Origin: Tubulanus polymorphus
Lineage: Eukaryota > Animalia > Nemertea
DNA: 64,000 nt
NCBI RefSeq assembly: GCF_964204645.1
Contig: NC_134026.1
Location: 4,239,950-4,303,949 of the forward strand
Direction of reading: 5' to 3'
A program made the position numbers and the translations under genes. Shown piece by piece: positions 62,245 through 64,000 of the stretch. Numbering within the stretch: position 1 is the stretch's first letter; every line of letters begins with the position of its first letter. Below the pieces are notes generated by a model. The model had not been told where the DNA came from. It saw nothing but the letters and a program-made list of their open reading frames with translations, and searched no databases.

Positions 62245-63924
62245 ATGGCGGTCCACACGGCCGGCCAGCCTCTGGAGTGTTTAAGTGTGAGTATTAAACC
62301 AATATTTACAACTTACGTGGCAAAATATTCAGTTCTTTTGTTGACAAGGATTATCATTGAGTTGATATCTAATTGACCAGTGCACTTTTGGAGTTAATAA
62401 TCCCTTATGTAGCCTGAAATTAAGGAGTTTAGTTGCGGATTTTTAGTCCAAATATCTGCCACCAGGGTATTGTATCATCTGTCAAAGTAGCCTAATCGCT
62501 ATTGTTTTCTACCTGCAGATTCCGATTGTGCTGAATAAAGAAGTAGATCGTGACGATCAGGGAAATTTAATTTACGAACCAGATGGTAAAGGTGGTAAAC
62601 AAGTTCGCTATAGATGTGGATTCAAGATCGGAGGTGGAATCGACCAAGATTATACGAAAAGCCCGCATGGTTACAAGGATAATGTAAGTGCTCCGATTCT
62701 AAACCTGCTCACCTGGTCAATATGGCAAGGTGATATTTGATATTCTTTAAAGAATTGCTGAGAAATGGACTTTTTGGAGTTCTCCTTTATTTAGATGTTA
62801 TTTTATAGGCCCCTTTCTATATTACAACGCAGTGTTTTCAATAAGAGCCAGGTCCCAGACCCGTCTGTCGTTAGTTAAGGACCCGCCTGTTTTTTCAAAC
62901 CAGCTTTTGTTTCAGGGACTGTGACATATTATGGGACCTTCCTGTTTTTCAAAGGGTCCTCGCTTGTTAATTTCTTAATTTATTGAAAACACTGCAAGAT
63001 GGTCACACTTACCTAGAAACCAGGAAAAAGTCGAGGAATTTTCTTTTCCTTATTCAGGGAATTTCATAAAAAAAGCTTTAAGTCAGGGAAATTTATTCAG
63101 ATTGCTAGATCACACATAAAATCAAGGTTTCCATCTAAGCCTTACGTATTTGACTGCGTTAATTAATTGAATTCTTAGCAGGTAGGCCTCAAGTCTGGGC
63201 GAACAGTTTGTGTCACGGAAAAAGCAAATCAGATAAAAGTGGCCACCTGTACTGATAAAATAGCGTAACTCCACACAAATATATATCTACAGCTAGGTCC
63301 TTCTTCAGAGGCAGATTTTATAGAGTATATCCTACTAGTATTGCATAATCATTATGAATGAAATTGAATTGATTATACTTCAGGGTGTATATGTAACTTA
63401 TGTCTATGAAAATGGTCCAGCTCATCATGCAGGATTACAAATGCATGACAAACTATTGCAGGTAAGAAACAAGTTTTGTTGTTGAAGCTTTCGTTGTCGG
63501 CATATCAATGACACAGAGCCACAGTTGGGAGAATAGTTAAGATAATAGTCTTGAATTACATTATTTTGTATCTACTCCTACTACTTCATATTGTAATTTA
63601 AATCGCAAATAAAACATAATAAGATTAGCTTATAAATGCATATGAAGTTTCAATCATTTTACTGAAAGTTTTTGAGGGACTGATATAGATTTTTTTCGGA
63701 ATTTTTCGTTAATACAGGTAAATGGTCACGATTTCACGATGGTGACTCATAAGAAAGCTGTCGAATACATCAAAAAGAAGCCAGTGCTCAATATGCTCGT
63801 GTATCGTAAAGGCGTACCACCGATGCAAGGATCTGCAGGCAACATGCAGCCGATGCAACAAGATCAATATCCGTACAATCCACAACAGCAATATTCACCT
63901 CAGGGATTCCAAAGACAGTACTAG
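62245..63924 (+). CDS. TAX1BP3: Tax1-binding protein 3 / TIP-1, single-PDZ protein (4 exons, 163 aa)
   Basis: Exons 62245-62286, 62519-62683, 63384-63461 and 63718-63924, all phase 0. Peptides include CGFKIGGGIDQD, GVYVT..GPA...GLQMHDKLLQVNGHDFTMVTH. Confidence 0.93.
62830..62994. mobile_element. MITE with 15-bp TIRs in TAX1BP3 intron 2
   Basis: cagtgttttcaataa ... ttattgaaaacactg. It is followed by a decayed relative of the 55064 family (about 62995-63250). Confidence 0.65.
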
Positions 63925-64000
63925 AATTGTCGTGAACTTTTTCCATTAAAAGTTACAAGTTTTCAAATCTCTTTCCGAGCTTGAATGGTACAAGGGTTTT

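Overview
This is AT-rich, intron-containing animal DNA, probably from a marine invertebrate of lophotrochozoan type (inference). It is not prokaryotic, so most ORF-track entries are noise or exon fragments. About 50 kb (<1..50481, minus strand) is a type II ferlin, otoferlin-like gene. It was hand-spliced here from the ATG through C2A, C2B, FerI/C2C, FerA, FerB, C2D, C2de and C2E, and its 3' end runs off the left edge. Five compact genes follow. They are a divergently oriented SLC1/EAAT-family gene with substituted ion- and substrate-binding motifs, OSER1, a single-exon KCNE-like one-TM protein, a small multi-TM protein and TAX1BP3/TIP-1. The most notable observations are a pair of duplicated, frame-incompatible (mutually exclusive) 85-nt exons encoding alternative C2B loops, several clusters of frame-preserving candidate microexons in otoferlin linkers, the degenerate EAAT, the KCNE-like gene, and intronic palindromes carrying hammerhead-ribozyme-like cores. 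Several MITEs, some nested, are also present. All exon calls come from manual translation, splice-site reading and phase checking. No database search was run.
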